From: Flavobacteriaceae bacterium
GTDB taxonomy: Bacteria; Bacteroidota; Bacteroidia; Flavobacteriales; Flavobacteriaceae
Assembly: GCA_041676345.1 (NCBI GenBank)
Contig: JBAYSC010000001.1
Coordinates: 1-45,625, forward strand
Length of the DNA stretch: 45,625 nucleotides
Direction of reading: 5' to 3'
A program made the translations under genes and the position numbers. Below the pieces are notes generated by a model. It searched no databases. It saw nothing but the letters and a program-made list of their open reading frames with translations, and was not told the origin of the DNA. Below are positions 35,475 to 45,265 of this stretch, one piece after another (within the stretch, counting starts at the first letter, position 1; the number at the start of each line of letters is the position of its first letter).

Positions 35475-37334
35475 ATGGAAAGAACAATTGATAGAGATTT
35501 TATAAAAAAGCTATACTGGGTATATCTGTTTAACCTTGTTTTTGTTTTTTTTATCGTGAAAGAATATATCGTTTTTGTAGAAGATTTCAGCGATAAAAAA
35601 GCCTGGTTGTTTTTCCTGACGGCTACCGTCTCTCATTTTATGCTGCTCGTTGTGTTGCCTTTGCTCATTGCCCTGCTTTTTTATCTGATAAGCAAGCGGA
35701 AAAAAGCGACTTCAATTATCTATGCCACCCTGATGTGCCTTTTGATTATCGCTTTAGAGATTGACACTGAGGTGTATGCTCAATTCCGGTATCACCTTTC
35801 TCCTATTGTGTTCAGTTTGGTTTTTGGCAAAAGAGCTACCGATATTTTTCAGTTTTCGATGGCTGATTATATGGCAACTTTCGGTTTTGTTTTTTTGAGT
35901 ATCGGGTTGCAGTTTGTCTTTCATTATATAGCCCACAGACTCGTTAACCGAAAAACGACCCTTTACTTTAAACCTACTTTGGCTTTCTTTGTGTTGGCAA
36001 CCTTTATCGGTCACGGAATTTACGCCTGGTCGGCCTCCAATTTTTACAGACCCGTTACCCAGTTCAAAAACGTTTATCCTTCCTATTATCCGCTTACGGC
36101 AACTTCACTACTCACCAAACTTGGTTTGGTTGATGAAGAAAGCATTCGCAAAGAAAAAGAACTGAACCGAAGTTTTGAAAACAATTCCGTAAACTATCCG
36201 TTAAACGAAATTTCATCGCAGCCGCCTTTGCAGAAAAAGAATATTTTGTTTGTGGTTATTGATTCGTGGAGGTTTGATTGTCATGACAGCATTACGACAC
36301 CTTCTGTTTTTGAATTTTCTAAAAAAGCTCAGGTTTTCAAGAACCACAACAGCGGGTCAAATATGACTACCGGAGGAGTTTTCAGCCTGATGTATGGCAT
36401 TCCGGCTACCTATTTTCACGCTTTTACCAACGTAGAAAAACAGCCTGTTTTCACAAAAGAGCTACAAAAACAAGGTTACGAATTCAAAATTCTGAGCAGT
36501 TCTACCCTCGAAAATCCGCCTTTTACCAAAAATGCCTTTGCGGGAATTTCGGGTTTACGGCTTTTTTCGGAAGGCGAAACTCCGGCCGAAAGAGATTTGG
36601 ATATTTTCAAACATTGGACAGATTTTATCGAAAAACGAGACGAAAAACCCTTTTTTGGATTCGTTTTTTTTGATGCAGCACACGGTTTTGATTGCCCTGA
36701 AGGTGCTGAAGAAGTTTTTACTCCGACTCTAAAAAAAGTAGATTATCTTGCCATCCGCAAAAAGGGTTATGATGCTTTGCCTTTGTATAACCGCTATAAA
36801 AATTCCCTACATTTCATAGACGGATTAGTAGGCGAAATCATCGCTCAACTGGAACAAAAAAACCTGCTCGAAAACACCATTGTCGTTATCACAGGCGACC
36901 ACGGACAAGAGTTTGACGACTCCGGAAAAGGCTATTGGCAACACGGAGGGAATTTCAGTAAATATCAGATAAAAGTGCCTATGGTTGTTTATGATTTTGA
37001 GAAAAAACCCGCTTCACACAACCATTTGACCCTGCATTATGACCTTGTCCCGACTATGATGAAGCAGGTGTTGGGAGTGCAGAATCCGTTTGAAGATTAC
37101 GCTTCCGGACAAAGCCTTTATGACACCACAGCCCGGGATTGGTTTATTGCCGGATACAACAAAAAATATGCGATTGTCGAAAAAGAGCGGATAACCAATG
37201 TCTATGAATCGGGATTTTTTGAATCGACTGATTCGCTGCTCAATCCGGTGAAAAAATCGGTAGATTATGATGTGATTGTCGAAGCACTGAATCAGGTTGG
37301 GAAATATTATACCAAAACCTCCAAAGGCAAATAA
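35475..37334 (+). CDS. PbgA/YejM-like (DUF3413 plus sulfatase-fold) inner membrane protein
   Basis: About five N-terminal TMs, DTEVYAQFRYHLSP, YPLTA, NILFVVIDSWR, SLMYG and TGDHGQEF. Probable start is ATG 35475. Confidence 0.82.
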   Translation: MERTIDRDFIKKLYWVYLFNLVFVFFIVKEYIVFVEDFSDKKAWLFFLTATVSHFMLLVVLPLLIALLFYLISKRKKATSIIYATLMCLLIIALEIDTEVYAQFRYHLSPIVFSLVFGKRATDIFQFSMADYMATFGFVFLSIGLQFVFHYIAHRLVNRKTTLYFKPTLAFFVLATFIGHGIYAWSASNFYRPVTQFKNVYPSYYPLTATSLLTKLGLVDEESIRKEKELNRSFENNSVNYPLNEISSQPPLQKKNILFVVIDSWRFDCHDSITTPSVFEFSKKAQVFKNHNSGSNMTTGGVFSLMYGIPATYFHAFTNVEKQPVFTKELQKQGYEFKILSSSTLENPPFTKNAFAGISGLRLFSEGETPAERDLDIFKHWTDFIEKRDEKPFFGFVFFDAAHGFDCPEGAEEVFTPTLKKVDYLAIRKKGYDALPLYNRYKNSLHFIDGLVGEIIAQLEQKNLLENTIVVITGDHGQEFDDSGKGYWQHGGNFSKYQIKVPMVVYDFEKKPASHNHLTLHYDLVPTMMKQVLGVQNPFEDYASGQSLYDTTARDWFIAGYNKKYAIVEKERITNVYESGFFESTDSLLNPVKKSVDYDVIVEALNQVGKYYTKTSKGK

Positions 37335-37341
37335 TCCGGAA

Positions 37342-38220
37342 TTATTTTACCGCTTGAGGAAGCGTGATATAGGAACCGAAAATTTCGTTATATTTTTCAG
37401 GGTAAAAATCGGTTCTTCCATCAGCCGGATAAAAAGTCATTTCCCCAAACAACACCCGATTGTTTATCGAGTATAAATCAACCCTGACAAACGGAAAACC
37501 CTCAGCCAGTTTCAGGACAACTTCTGTCATTTCTTGTAGTGTATCGGGTTTTTGCACTTCGCCTTCAAAGGGTTTTAAGCCTTTTGAGAAAGGGAGTTTG
37601 TTCCACTGCAAATCATAAAAAGCCCGTTGCTGGCTGTTACAACCCCGGTCAATATCGATTTCGATAAATTTGGGTTCGCCCCCGAAGCAAAAAAACTTAT
37701 AATCGTTGATTACATCTTTGTCTGTCTCTTCGAGAAATTTTTCGGCAATCAAACGGGGTTTTACATTTTTATAGGCCCATTCCATTCCGCCCCGATAATA
37801 TTGATTTTTGTGTAACCATTTGAAAAACAACCATCTCGATTTGAGTTTGTTCAGTTTTGATTTGTCTTTTACAATTAGGTTGAAATGACAGCCGTGTACG
37901 CCTTTTATGACAAATTTTTTGGGTAAATCCTTAAATTTCAATTCCCAGACGTTGTCTGAAACCGCATACAATTCGTTCAGATATTTTTCGCCTACTTTTT
38001 CTTTGACATAGCTGCGAACACTGTATTTGTCAACGAGTTGAGTGAGCAAAGGCAACCGGTAATATACCTTTAACCACTGGATTTTCTGGTTAAAATCAAC
38101 CGGATTTTTCAGGTCTAATTTTTTGCCTGTGTAGTATTCGTAATAAATCGAGACATAAATTTCAGCAGGTAGAAATTTCAGTTTTTTGAGGAATCCCAGT
38201 TTTATTTTTCGGATGTTCAT
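37342..38220 (-). CDS. TupA-like ATP-grasp protein
   Basis: FNQKIQWLK, VDKYSVRSYV, PRLIAEKFL, DYKFFCF, FVRVDLY and FGEMTFYP. Probable start is ATG 38220. Confidence 0.88.
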   Translation of the reverse strand: MNIRKIKLGFLKKLKFLPAEIYVSIYYEYYTGKKLDLKNPVDFNQKIQWLKVYYRLPLLTQLVDKYSVRSYVKEKVGEKYLNELYAVSDNVWELKFKDLPKKFVIKGVHGCHFNLIVKDKSKLNKLKSRWLFFKWLHKNQYYRGGMEWAYKNVKPRLIAEKFLEETDKDVINDYKFFCFGGEPKFIEIDIDRGCNSQQRAFYDLQWNKLPFSKGLKPFEGEVQKPDTLQEMTEVVLKLAEGFPFVRVDLYSINNRVLFGEMTFYPADGRTDFYPEKYNEIFGSYITLPQAVK

Positions 38221-38403
38221 TGCCTGTAAAGAATCAGATTTCAAATGTACTAATAAAATTTTAACTTTTATTTTTATTTTCAGTCGCTGGTTGATTTTCA
38301 CGGTATAAGAAAAAAAATCATAAAAATCACTCCGTAAACCGATTTTTTAGCTTTGATTTTCGGTTTTTTTTCTATCTTTACGCTCCGTTGAAATAAAAAG
38401 CCA

Positions 38404-40710
38404 ATGCCGACTGTTATACTGTTGATTTTCGTAATAGCTTTCCTGATTTTATTCTTAGGAAAATACATCCGTTCAGACTATTATAGATTCATAGGTTTTC
38501 TTCCTGCTGCTTTATTCATTACTTTTTTGGCTCACATTCCCATTGTGCATTGGGACAGGCAGCTGACCTATACTTTCGAGTGGATTCCCACGTTGGGAAT
38601 TGATATGAATTTCAGGATAGACGGGCTTTCGATGCTCTTTGCCCTGCTCATTACCGGAATCGGGACACTGGTTTATTTTTATGCTTCCAACTACCTGAAA
38701 AATCATATTTATCTGAATCGGTTTTATTGCTATCTCACTCTTTTTATGGGAGCTATGCTTGGGCTGGTCTTGTCAGACAATATGATTTCGGTTTTTATAT
38801 TCTGGGAGCTCACCAGTATTTCGTCGTTTTTCCTTATCGGATTCAACAACGAAGAAGAGGGTTCGAGAAAAAGTGCTCTGACCGCTTTGGGAATCACCGG
38901 TTTGGGAGGTTTTTTTCTCTTGGGAGCTTTTGTGTTTATCGGAAATATAACCGGAACCTATTCCATAAGCGAATTGTTTTCTTCGTCTGAAGCTCTTCAA
39001 AACCACAGTCTTTTTCCGCTGATATTGTTTTTGATTTTCGGAGGAGCTTTTACCAAATCAGCTCAGTTTCCGTTTCATTTCTGGCTTCCGGGAGCTATGC
39101 AGGCTCCGACTCCGGTTTCTGCCTATCTGCATTCTGCCACTATGGTAAAAGCGGGAATTTATATTTTAGCCCGTTTTTCTCCCATAATGCAGGACGGTTT
39201 TTGGTGGAATAACACCTTGATGATTACGGGAGGAGTTACGATGCTTTACGGAGCTTTTCACAGTATTTTCAGGGTAGATATGAAAGCTGTTTTGGCCTAT
39301 TCGACCATTTCGGCTTTGGGAATTATTGTTTTTCTTCTGGGTTTAGGAACCGAATATGCCTTGCTGGCAGCCGTTACTTTTATATTGGTTCACGCCTTGT
39401 ATAAAGCCACTTTGTTTTTGGCTACTGGAATTGTTGACCATGCGGTTCATACCCGAAATTTGACGGAACTTTCAGGGCTTAGAAAAATTATGCCTTTGGT
39501 GTTTTGGGCTTGTCTGATTGCAGCTCTTTCGAGTGCGGGAGTTCCGCTTTTGTTTGGGTTTATCAGTAAAGATTTGATTTATGAAGCTACGCTTGATTTC
39601 CCGAAATGGGGAATGTGGCTCACAGGAGCAGCCGTTCTGACTAATATTTTCCTGGCTTGTTCCGGTTTTATGGCAGGTATCAAACCCTTTGTGGGAAAAC
39701 TGCCCGAAAAATTTGAAAAAGCCCATAAACCGAGTGCTTTTCTGTGGATTCCTGTCGTAATTCTGAGTTTTTTGACTTTGCTTTTCGGGCTTTTCCCCGG
39801 ATTGCTCAACGATTTCCTTTGGTTTGCGTTTAGAGAAACAGGCGGAAAAGCTCCGCTGGTCGAGCTTAAAATATGGCACGGGTTCAATCTGGTGCTGCTG
39901 TTGAGCGGAGTTACGATTTTCCTGGGAGCTGTGATTTATCTCACCAAAAAATTCAAAGGGCAGGCTCAGCATTTTATAATGAGTTTCGAGGGAATTTCTC
40001 CCAAACACCTCACCGAAATTTTCGGAGAACGAACACGGGAATTTGCCTTTCGTTATACCCGTTTTTTCCAAAACGGATACCTGCGAAATTACATATTGAC
40101 CATTATTGTTTTCATCACGGTTTTGGTAGGTTACCGCTTGTTCAGCACCGTTCCGTTAAGGGTAAATACTGAAGAACTTTCAGATTTCAGGCTCTATGAA
40201 CTGATTGTTTTTGTAGCTATTGTCATCGGGATTATCTACACGGTTCGTACACCCTCAAGGCTCACTGCCATTGCCAGCTTGGGTATTATAGGCTACGGAA
40301 TCTGTTTGATTTTTGTGTTCTACGGAGCTCCCGATCTGGCGATGACACAGTTCACTATTGACACGCTTATCGTGGTTTTGTTCGTATTGGTTTTGTTTAA
40401 GTTACCTCCTTTTCTGAGCTACCGCAACAGACGGACTGTGGTCAGAGATGCAGTTGTTTCGGGTTGTTTCGGGATTCTGATTGCGATTATCACTTTGCAG
40501 GCTCTGGTAGCTCCGTCAGACAAGGAAGTGAGTAAATTCTATGCAGAAAATGCCTATACGCTTGCCAAAGGAAAAAACGTGGTGAACGTGATTCTGGTTG
40601 ATTTCAGAGGGTTTGACACGATGATAGAAACCATAGTGCTTTCCATAGCGGCTTTGGGAGTTTTCGGATTATTAAAATACAGAATGAAAAATGAAGAAAG
40701 AGAAGACTAA
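38404..40710 (+). CDS. mrpA: Mrp Na+/H+ antiporter subunit A
   Basis: DGLS, FWELTSISSF, FTKSAQFPFHFWLPGAMQAPTPVSAYLHSATMVKAG, APDLAMTQ and NVVNVILVDFRGFDT. Confidence 0.96.
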   Translation: MPTVILLIFVIAFLILFLGKYIRSDYYRFIGFLPAALFITFLAHIPIVHWDRQLTYTFEWIPTLGIDMNFRIDGLSMLFALLITGIGTLVYFYASNYLKNHIYLNRFYCYLTLFMGAMLGLVLSDNMISVFIFWELTSISSFFLIGFNNEEEGSRKSALTALGITGLGGFFLLGAFVFIGNITGTYSISELFSSSEALQNHSLFPLILFLIFGGAFTKSAQFPFHFWLPGAMQAPTPVSAYLHSATMVKAGIYILARFSPIMQDGFWWNNTLMITGGVTMLYGAFHSIFRVDMKAVLAYSTISALGIIVFLLGLGTEYALLAAVTFILVHALYKATLFLATGIVDHAVHTRNLTELSGLRKIMPLVFWACLIAALSSAGVPLLFGFISKDLIYEATLDFPKWGMWLTGAAVLTNIFLACSGFMAGIKPFVGKLPEKFEKAHKPSAFLWIPVVILSFLTLLFGLFPGLLNDFLWFAFRETGGKAPLVELKIWHGFNLVLLLSGVTIFLGAVIYLTKKFKGQAQHFIMSFEGISPKHLTEIFGERTREFAFRYTRFFQNGYLRNYILTIIVFITVLVGYRLFSTVPLRVNTEELSDFRLYELIVFVAIVIGIIYTVRTPSRLTAIASLGIIGYGICLIFVFYGAPDLAMTQFTIDTLIVVLFVLVLFKLPPFLSYRNRRTVVRDAVVSGCFGILIAIITLQALVAPSDKEVSKFYAENAYTLAKGKNVVNVILVDFRGFDTMIETIVLSIAALGVFGLLKYRMKNEERED

Positions 40711-41137
40711 AATAACACAGCGAACACACGACAAAATTATCCTCAGGACAGCAACCAACTATTTGTTGCCTTTGCTGCTGATGTTTTCGATTTTCGTATT
40801 GCTCAGAGGGCATTATCTCTCGGGAGGAGGTTTTGTAGGCGGACTGATAGCTTCGATTGCTTTTGTGTTGCACTCTTTTGCCCACACTACCAAAGAAACG
40901 CTTTCGTTGTTTTCGTTTACTCCGAAAACTTTAATTCCGATAGGTTTATCGCTGTCTATCCTGAGCGGATTACTGCCTGTTTTTTCGGGAAAAGCTTTTA
41001 TGACAGGGCTTTGGCTCGACACTCCTGTGGCTGTGATTGGTTCGGTAGGAACGGCACTTTTTTTTGATGCAGGAGTATATTTGGTAGTAATCGGAGTTAC
41101 ACTTACGATTTTGTTTACCATCAGGGAAAATGTATAG
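40691..41137 (+). CDS. mrpB: Mrp antiporter subunit B
   Basis: LRGHYLSGGGFVGGL and FDAGVYLVV. Confidence 0.93.
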   Translation: MKKEKTKITQRTHDKIILRTATNYLLPLLLMFSIFVLLRGHYLSGGGFVGGLIASIAFVLHSFAHTTKETLSLFSFTPKTLIPIGLSLSILSGLLPVFSGKAFMTGLWLDTPVAVIGSVGTALFFDAGVYLVVIGVTLTILFTIRENV

Positions 41138-41141
41138 AAGT

Positions 41142-41254
41142 ATTAAGATTTGAGATTGATGATTAACGATTGATGATTGCAAAAGGAACAGAAGATTTCA
41201 GATTTGTTGAATCAAAAAATCTGAAATCGTTAATCAAAAATCATCAATCATAAA
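41142..41254. repeat. Inverted GATT/AATC heptamer arrays in the mrpB-mrpC spacer
   Basis: Left arm of GATT-type heptamers and right arm of AATC-type heptamers. GATTTCAGATTT (41194-41205) pairs perfectly with 41217-41228. Confidence 0.8.
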
Positions 41255-41264
41255 TAAAAAAAAT

Positions 41265-41618
41265 ATGGAATTACTCTTAGTTCTTTTAGTAGCAATATTA
41301 TATTCAACCGGAATTTTTATGATTCTCAGGCGAAGTATGGTCAAATTGCTTTTAGGTTTGCTCTTGCTGGGCAACGGTACCAATATATTGATTTTCCTGA
41401 TGGGAGGATTGACCAAGGGAAAACCACCCATTATAGATGCAGAAGAAAGAAATTTTACCAACGTATATGCAGACCCGATTCCTCAGGCGTTGATACTGAC
41501 AGCTATTGTTATCAGCTTCGCTCTTACGGCTTTTGCGATTATTCTGCTTAAAAAAGTCTATAGCACTACGGGTTCAGATGACCTCGATTCGTTGAACATT
41601 CAAGATATGGATATATGA
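41265..41618 (+). CDS. mrpC: Mrp antiporter subunit C
   Basis: DPIPQALILTAIVISF. Confidence 0.95.
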   Translation: MELLLVLLVAILYSTGIFMILRRSMVKLLLGLLLLGNGTNILIFLMGGLTKGKPPIIDAEERNFTNVYADPIPQALILTAIVISFALTAFAIILLKKVYSTTGSDDLDSLNIQDMDI

Positions 41619-43123
41619 TGACCAACTTTATACTTGCTCCTATTTTAACCCACATGATAACGGCTGTTGTGTTGTTGTTTTTCTGGCAACGTACGCAAAC
41701 TCAGAAAGTTATTAGTGTGATAGGGAATAGTATTGCTTTTCTGATGTGTGTTCGGTTGTTTTATGCCACTCAGGAACACGGTTTTCTGACTCTCAATGTG
41801 GGAGGCTGGAAAGCTCCTTTTGGAATCACCTTTGTCTCAGACACCTTTAGTTCGGTTATGGTAATGCTTACCGCATTGGTGAGCTTGGCCGTAGGGATTT
41901 ATTCTACGGCTGCCCTGAATCCGTCAAGGATAAAATATGGCTATTTTTTCCTGTTCCATTTCCTGATTATGGGGCTTTTGGGAGCTTTTTTGACAGGCGA
42001 TATTTTCAATCTGTATGTTTGGTTTGAAATCGTAATTATTTCTTCTTTCGTATTGCTGACTATCGGAGGGAAAAAAATGCAGATGGAAGGAGCTATCAAA
42101 TACGTTACGTTGAACATGCTGGCTTCCACCATTTTCCTGACGGCTATCGGGATTTTATACGGAATTACCGGAACGCTGAATATGGCCGATTTGGCTGTGA
42201 AAATAGCCGCTATCGAAAACCGGGGACTCGTTTCGGTAACCGGATTGCTCTTTTTTGCTGGCTTCGGAATCAAATCAGCTATTTTTCCGCTTTATTTCTG
42301 GCTTCCGTCTTCTTATCACACTCCGCCTTCAGCCATTGCGGCTCTCTTTGGAGGACTGCTGACAAAAATGGGAGTCTATGCGATGATCAGAATGTTTACC
42401 CTTATTTTCCGTCCTGATGATTTTACGCTAAACGTATTTGTCGTAATTGCCGTTATGACCCTGATTACGGGAGCTTTAGGGACTATCAACAAACGTAGCG
42501 TACGGAGAATGCTCTCGTATCTGATTGTGTGCCATATCGGATATTTGGTTGCGGGAATCGGGATTTATACGGAACTGGCTTTTGTGGGAGTGATTTTTTA
42601 TCTGATTCACGATGTGATTGTAAAAAGCAACCTGCTGATGATTACCGGAATCATTCAGAAAATTCGTGAAACCATTGATATGCAACGTTTAGGCGGACTC
42701 TATAAAGATTACCCGAAACTCTCTTTTATCATTGCTATTGCTATGTTTTCGCTTATCGGGATTCCTCCGCTTTCGGGATTCTGGCCTAAAATTATGTTTT
42801 TCGGAGAATCGCTAAAAGCAGAACAATATGTTTTATTCGGAGCTATAGTTCTGGCAAGTTTTGTAACTTTGTTCGTGGTGGCACGAATGTGGAGTGAGGT
42901 GTTCTGGAAAGAATCTCCAAAACCGCTAACCGAAGAAATCGACCATTTTGCAGAGGTATCGTTTCCTCAAAAAGTAGCTTTGATTGCTCCGATTGCCTTT
43001 TTATCTTTGGTTTCGCTCTACATTGGTCTGAATGCGGAAGGCATTTTTGAAGTGGCACAAAAAACGGCTTATGAACTCATGCACCCGAACCTGTATATCA
43101 ATGCGGTTCTAAATACAAATTAA
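41615..43123 (+). CDS. mrpD: Mrp antiporter subunit D
   Basis: DIFNLYVWFEI, KSAIFPLYFWLP, LTKMGVY and GIPPLSGFWPK. Confidence 0.95.
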   Translation: MMTNFILAPILTHMITAVVLLFFWQRTQTQKVISVIGNSIAFLMCVRLFYATQEHGFLTLNVGGWKAPFGITFVSDTFSSVMVMLTALVSLAVGIYSTAALNPSRIKYGYFFLFHFLIMGLLGAFLTGDIFNLYVWFEIVIISSFVLLTIGGKKMQMEGAIKYVTLNMLASTIFLTAIGILYGITGTLNMADLAVKIAAIENRGLVSVTGLLFFAGFGIKSAIFPLYFWLPSSYHTPPSAIAALFGGLLTKMGVYAMIRMFTLIFRPDDFTLNVFVVIAVMTLITGALGTINKRSVRRMLSYLIVCHIGYLVAGIGIYTELAFVGVIFYLIHDVIVKSNLLMITGIIQKIRETIDMQRLGGLYKDYPKLSFIIAIAMFSLIGIPPLSGFWPKIMFFGESLKAEQYVLFGAIVLASFVTLFVVARMWSEVFWKESPKPLTEEIDHFAEVSFPQKVALIAPIAFLSLVSLYIGLNAEGIFEVAQKTAYELMHPNLYINAVLNTN

Positions 43124-43124
43124 A

Positions 43125-43607
43125 ATGATTAAACAGTTTTTGCTCAATTTGTTGCTTTCGCTGGTTTGGGTAGCTCTCACAGGGCATCTGAACTATACGA
43201 ATTTTATGTTCGGGTTTATCCTGGGCTTTTTTGTGCTTTGGCTGTTGGCACGCAACATCAACAAAGCAGAGAAAGACTATTTTTATCGGGTGCCCAAAAT
43301 TATTATGTTTATGCTTTATTTTTTCTATGATATGCTTCGTGCCAACATAGAGGTTACCCGTGAGATTATTACTCCGAGGTTAAATATCAAACCCGGAATA
43401 GTAGCCTATCCGCTGGATTTAGAAACAGATTTTGAAATTACGATGTTTACCAATATGATCGCCCTTACTCCGGGAACTATGGTGGTGAACATCAGTGAAG
43501 ATAAAAAAACAGCCTACATACACAGTTTGTATCTGCAAGACAAAGAAAAGTTTGTGGATCGGATGAAAAACGGGCTGGAAAAGAATTTATTAGAAATTTT
43601 ACGCTAA
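43125..43607 (+). CDS. mrpE: Mrp antiporter subunit E
   Basis: PGIV and NMIALTPGT; operon position. Confidence 0.93.
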   Translation: MIKQFLLNLLLSLVWVALTGHLNYTNFMFGFILGFFVLWLLARNINKAEKDYFYRVPKIIMFMLYFFYDMLRANIEVTREIITPRLNIKPGIVAYPLDLETDFEITMFTNMIALTPGTMVVNISEDKKTAYIHSLYLQDKEKFVDRMKNGLEKNLLEILR

Positions 43608-43613
43608 GGAGCA

Positions 43614-43877
43614 ATGGTCGAAGATTATTTATTATATGTGGTTATCCCGATTATCTGCCTTTCGATATTCCTGATTTTGCTCAGGTTTATGAAAGGTCCC
43701 GAGGTGGTTGACAGGGTAGTGGCTCTGGATCTTATCATCACTTCGGGCGTGGGGCTCATCGGAGTTTTTTGCCTGATTTCGGGCAATGCCACGTTTCTGG
43801 ACGATGCTATGATTTTGGCTCTGATTGCTTTTTTTAGCACCATTGCCTTTGCCTATTATTTGGATAAAAAGAAATAA
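43614..43877 (+). CDS. mrpF: Mrp antiporter subunit F
   Basis: GPEVVDRVVALD; 87 aa with three TMs. Confidence 0.93.
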   Translation: MVEDYLLYVVIPIICLSIFLILLRFMKGPEVVDRVVALDLIITSGVGLIGVFCLISGNATFLDDAMILALIAFFSTIAFAYYLDKKK

Positions 43878-43899
43878 AAACTGTTTAATTTAGAAGAAA

Positions 43900-44274
43900 A
43901 TGACCGATGTTTTTATAATGATATTCAGTACTTTAGGAGCAATTTTCATACTGATAGCTGCTTTGGGAATCTACCGAATGCCCGATTTTTATTCCCGTTT
44001 GTCTGTAACGGTAAAGGCAGCAACAGTGGGTATCGGGTTTATTCTGGGAGCTGTGGCACTTCATTTTGCTGATTTTTCGGTTACGACCAAAGTTTTTGCC
44101 ATTATATTTTTTCTTTTTATCACTTCTCCCGTAGCTGCTTTTCTCATTACCCGAACCGCCTATATGAACGGAACAAAACTTTGGATAAAAACACTTTTTG
44201 ACGATTTAAAAGACAAGAATAAAACCGAAGGCGATAAAAAAGAAACCGAAAAACACGACTCAAGGTATGACTGA
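43900..44274 (+). CDS. mrpG: Mrp antiporter subunit G
   Basis: RMPDFYSRL, KAATVG and ITSPVAA. Confidence 0.93.
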   Translation: MTDVFIMIFSTLGAIFILIAALGIYRMPDFYSRLSVTVKAATVGIGFILGAVALHFADFSVTTKVFAIIFFLFITSPVAAFLITRTAYMNGTKLWIKTLFDDLKDKNKTEGDKKETEKHDSRYD

Positions 44275-44836
44275 TATAAAAACAGAAGTCCACAATGCTT
44301 TTGAGGTAATCAAAAACGGAGGAATTATCCTTTACCCGACCGATACGGTTTGGGGAATCGGGTGTGATGCTACAAATTCTGAAGCTGTCAAAAAAATATT
44401 TGCATTAAAAAAAAGAGCGGAATCCAAAAGTATGATTGCTTTGGTGAATGGAGAGCGGATGTTGTATCAGATTTTTGGTGAAATTCCCGAAACAGCCTTT
44501 CAAATCTGGGATTTATCAGACAAACCCACAACACTGATTTTAGACAAACCCCGAAATATAGCCAAAGAACTCATAGCCGAAGACAATTCGGTAGGCATAC
44601 GAATCGTCAACGAACCGTTTTGTTTTAACCTGATGCAGCGAATGAAACAACCTTTGGTTTCTACCTCTGCTAATTTGAGCGGAGAGCCGACTCCCAAATC
44701 TTTTTCCCAAATACATCCCGATATTGTCAAAGGAGTAGATTATGTGGTAAATTTGCATCAGAACAAAGTGATGGACAAGCCTTCGACCATTATTAAACTC
44801 ACCTTAGACAGCCGTGTAACCATCATCAGAAAATAA
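44267..44836 (+). CDS. tsaC: L-threonylcarbamoyladenylate synthase (Sua5/YrdC/TsaC family)
   Basis: YPTDTVWGIGCDA, KKR, GIRI, STSANLSG and PSTII. Confidence 0.9.
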   Translation: MTDIKTEVHNAFEVIKNGGIILYPTDTVWGIGCDATNSEAVKKIFALKKRAESKSMIALVNGERMLYQIFGEIPETAFQIWDLSDKPTTLILDKPRNIAKELIAEDNSVGIRIVNEPFCFNLMQRMKQPLVSTSANLSGEPTPKSFSQIHPDIVKGVDYVVNLHQNKVMDKPSTIIKLTLDSRVTIIRK

Positions 44837-44843
44837 ATTTATA

Positions 44844-45263
44844 ATGAAAAACCTATTAAAATATCTGATTTTGAGTGTGATTTTCTGGGGTTGCCAAGAC
44901 AAACCACAACCTCCCGAAAATTTGATTCCGGAGGGCAAAATGGTTGATATTATGTATGAAATGGCTATTATTCAGGCGGTGAAGAGCTATGATTACCAGC
45001 TGTTGAATCAGAAAAAAATCGAGCCAACACGCTATATTTATGAGAAATTCGGGGTTGATAGCCTACAGTTTGTACAGAGCAACAAATATTATGCTTCTCA
45101 ACTCGAACGCTATGAAAAAATGCACGATTTGGTCATCGACCGACTTTCGGAAAACAAGAAAAAAGCAGATTCCTTAACTCCGCAACTTAAAGAGCTCAAA
45201 GAGCCTGCAAAACCATCAGATTCCTTAGTGAAATTTCCAAAATCTTTTCTCAACAAAAAATAA
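44844..45263 (+). CDS. DUF4296-like lipoprotein
   Basis: Lipobox FWGC, PENLIPEGKMVDI and IYEKFGVDSLQFVQSNKYY. Confidence 0.8.
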   Translation: MKNLLKYLILSVIFWGCQDKPQPPENLIPEGKMVDIMYEMAIIQAVKSYDYQLLNQKKIEPTRYIYEKFGVDSLQFVQSNKYYASQLERYEKMHDLVIDRLSENKKKADSLTPQLKELKEPAKPSDSLVKFPKSFLNKK

Positions 45264-45265
45264 GT

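Noticed and set aside
38404-44274. Mrp operon as a novelty
   Set aside because: It is a canonical seven-gene group 1 mrpABCDEFG; only the B-C spacer is unusual.
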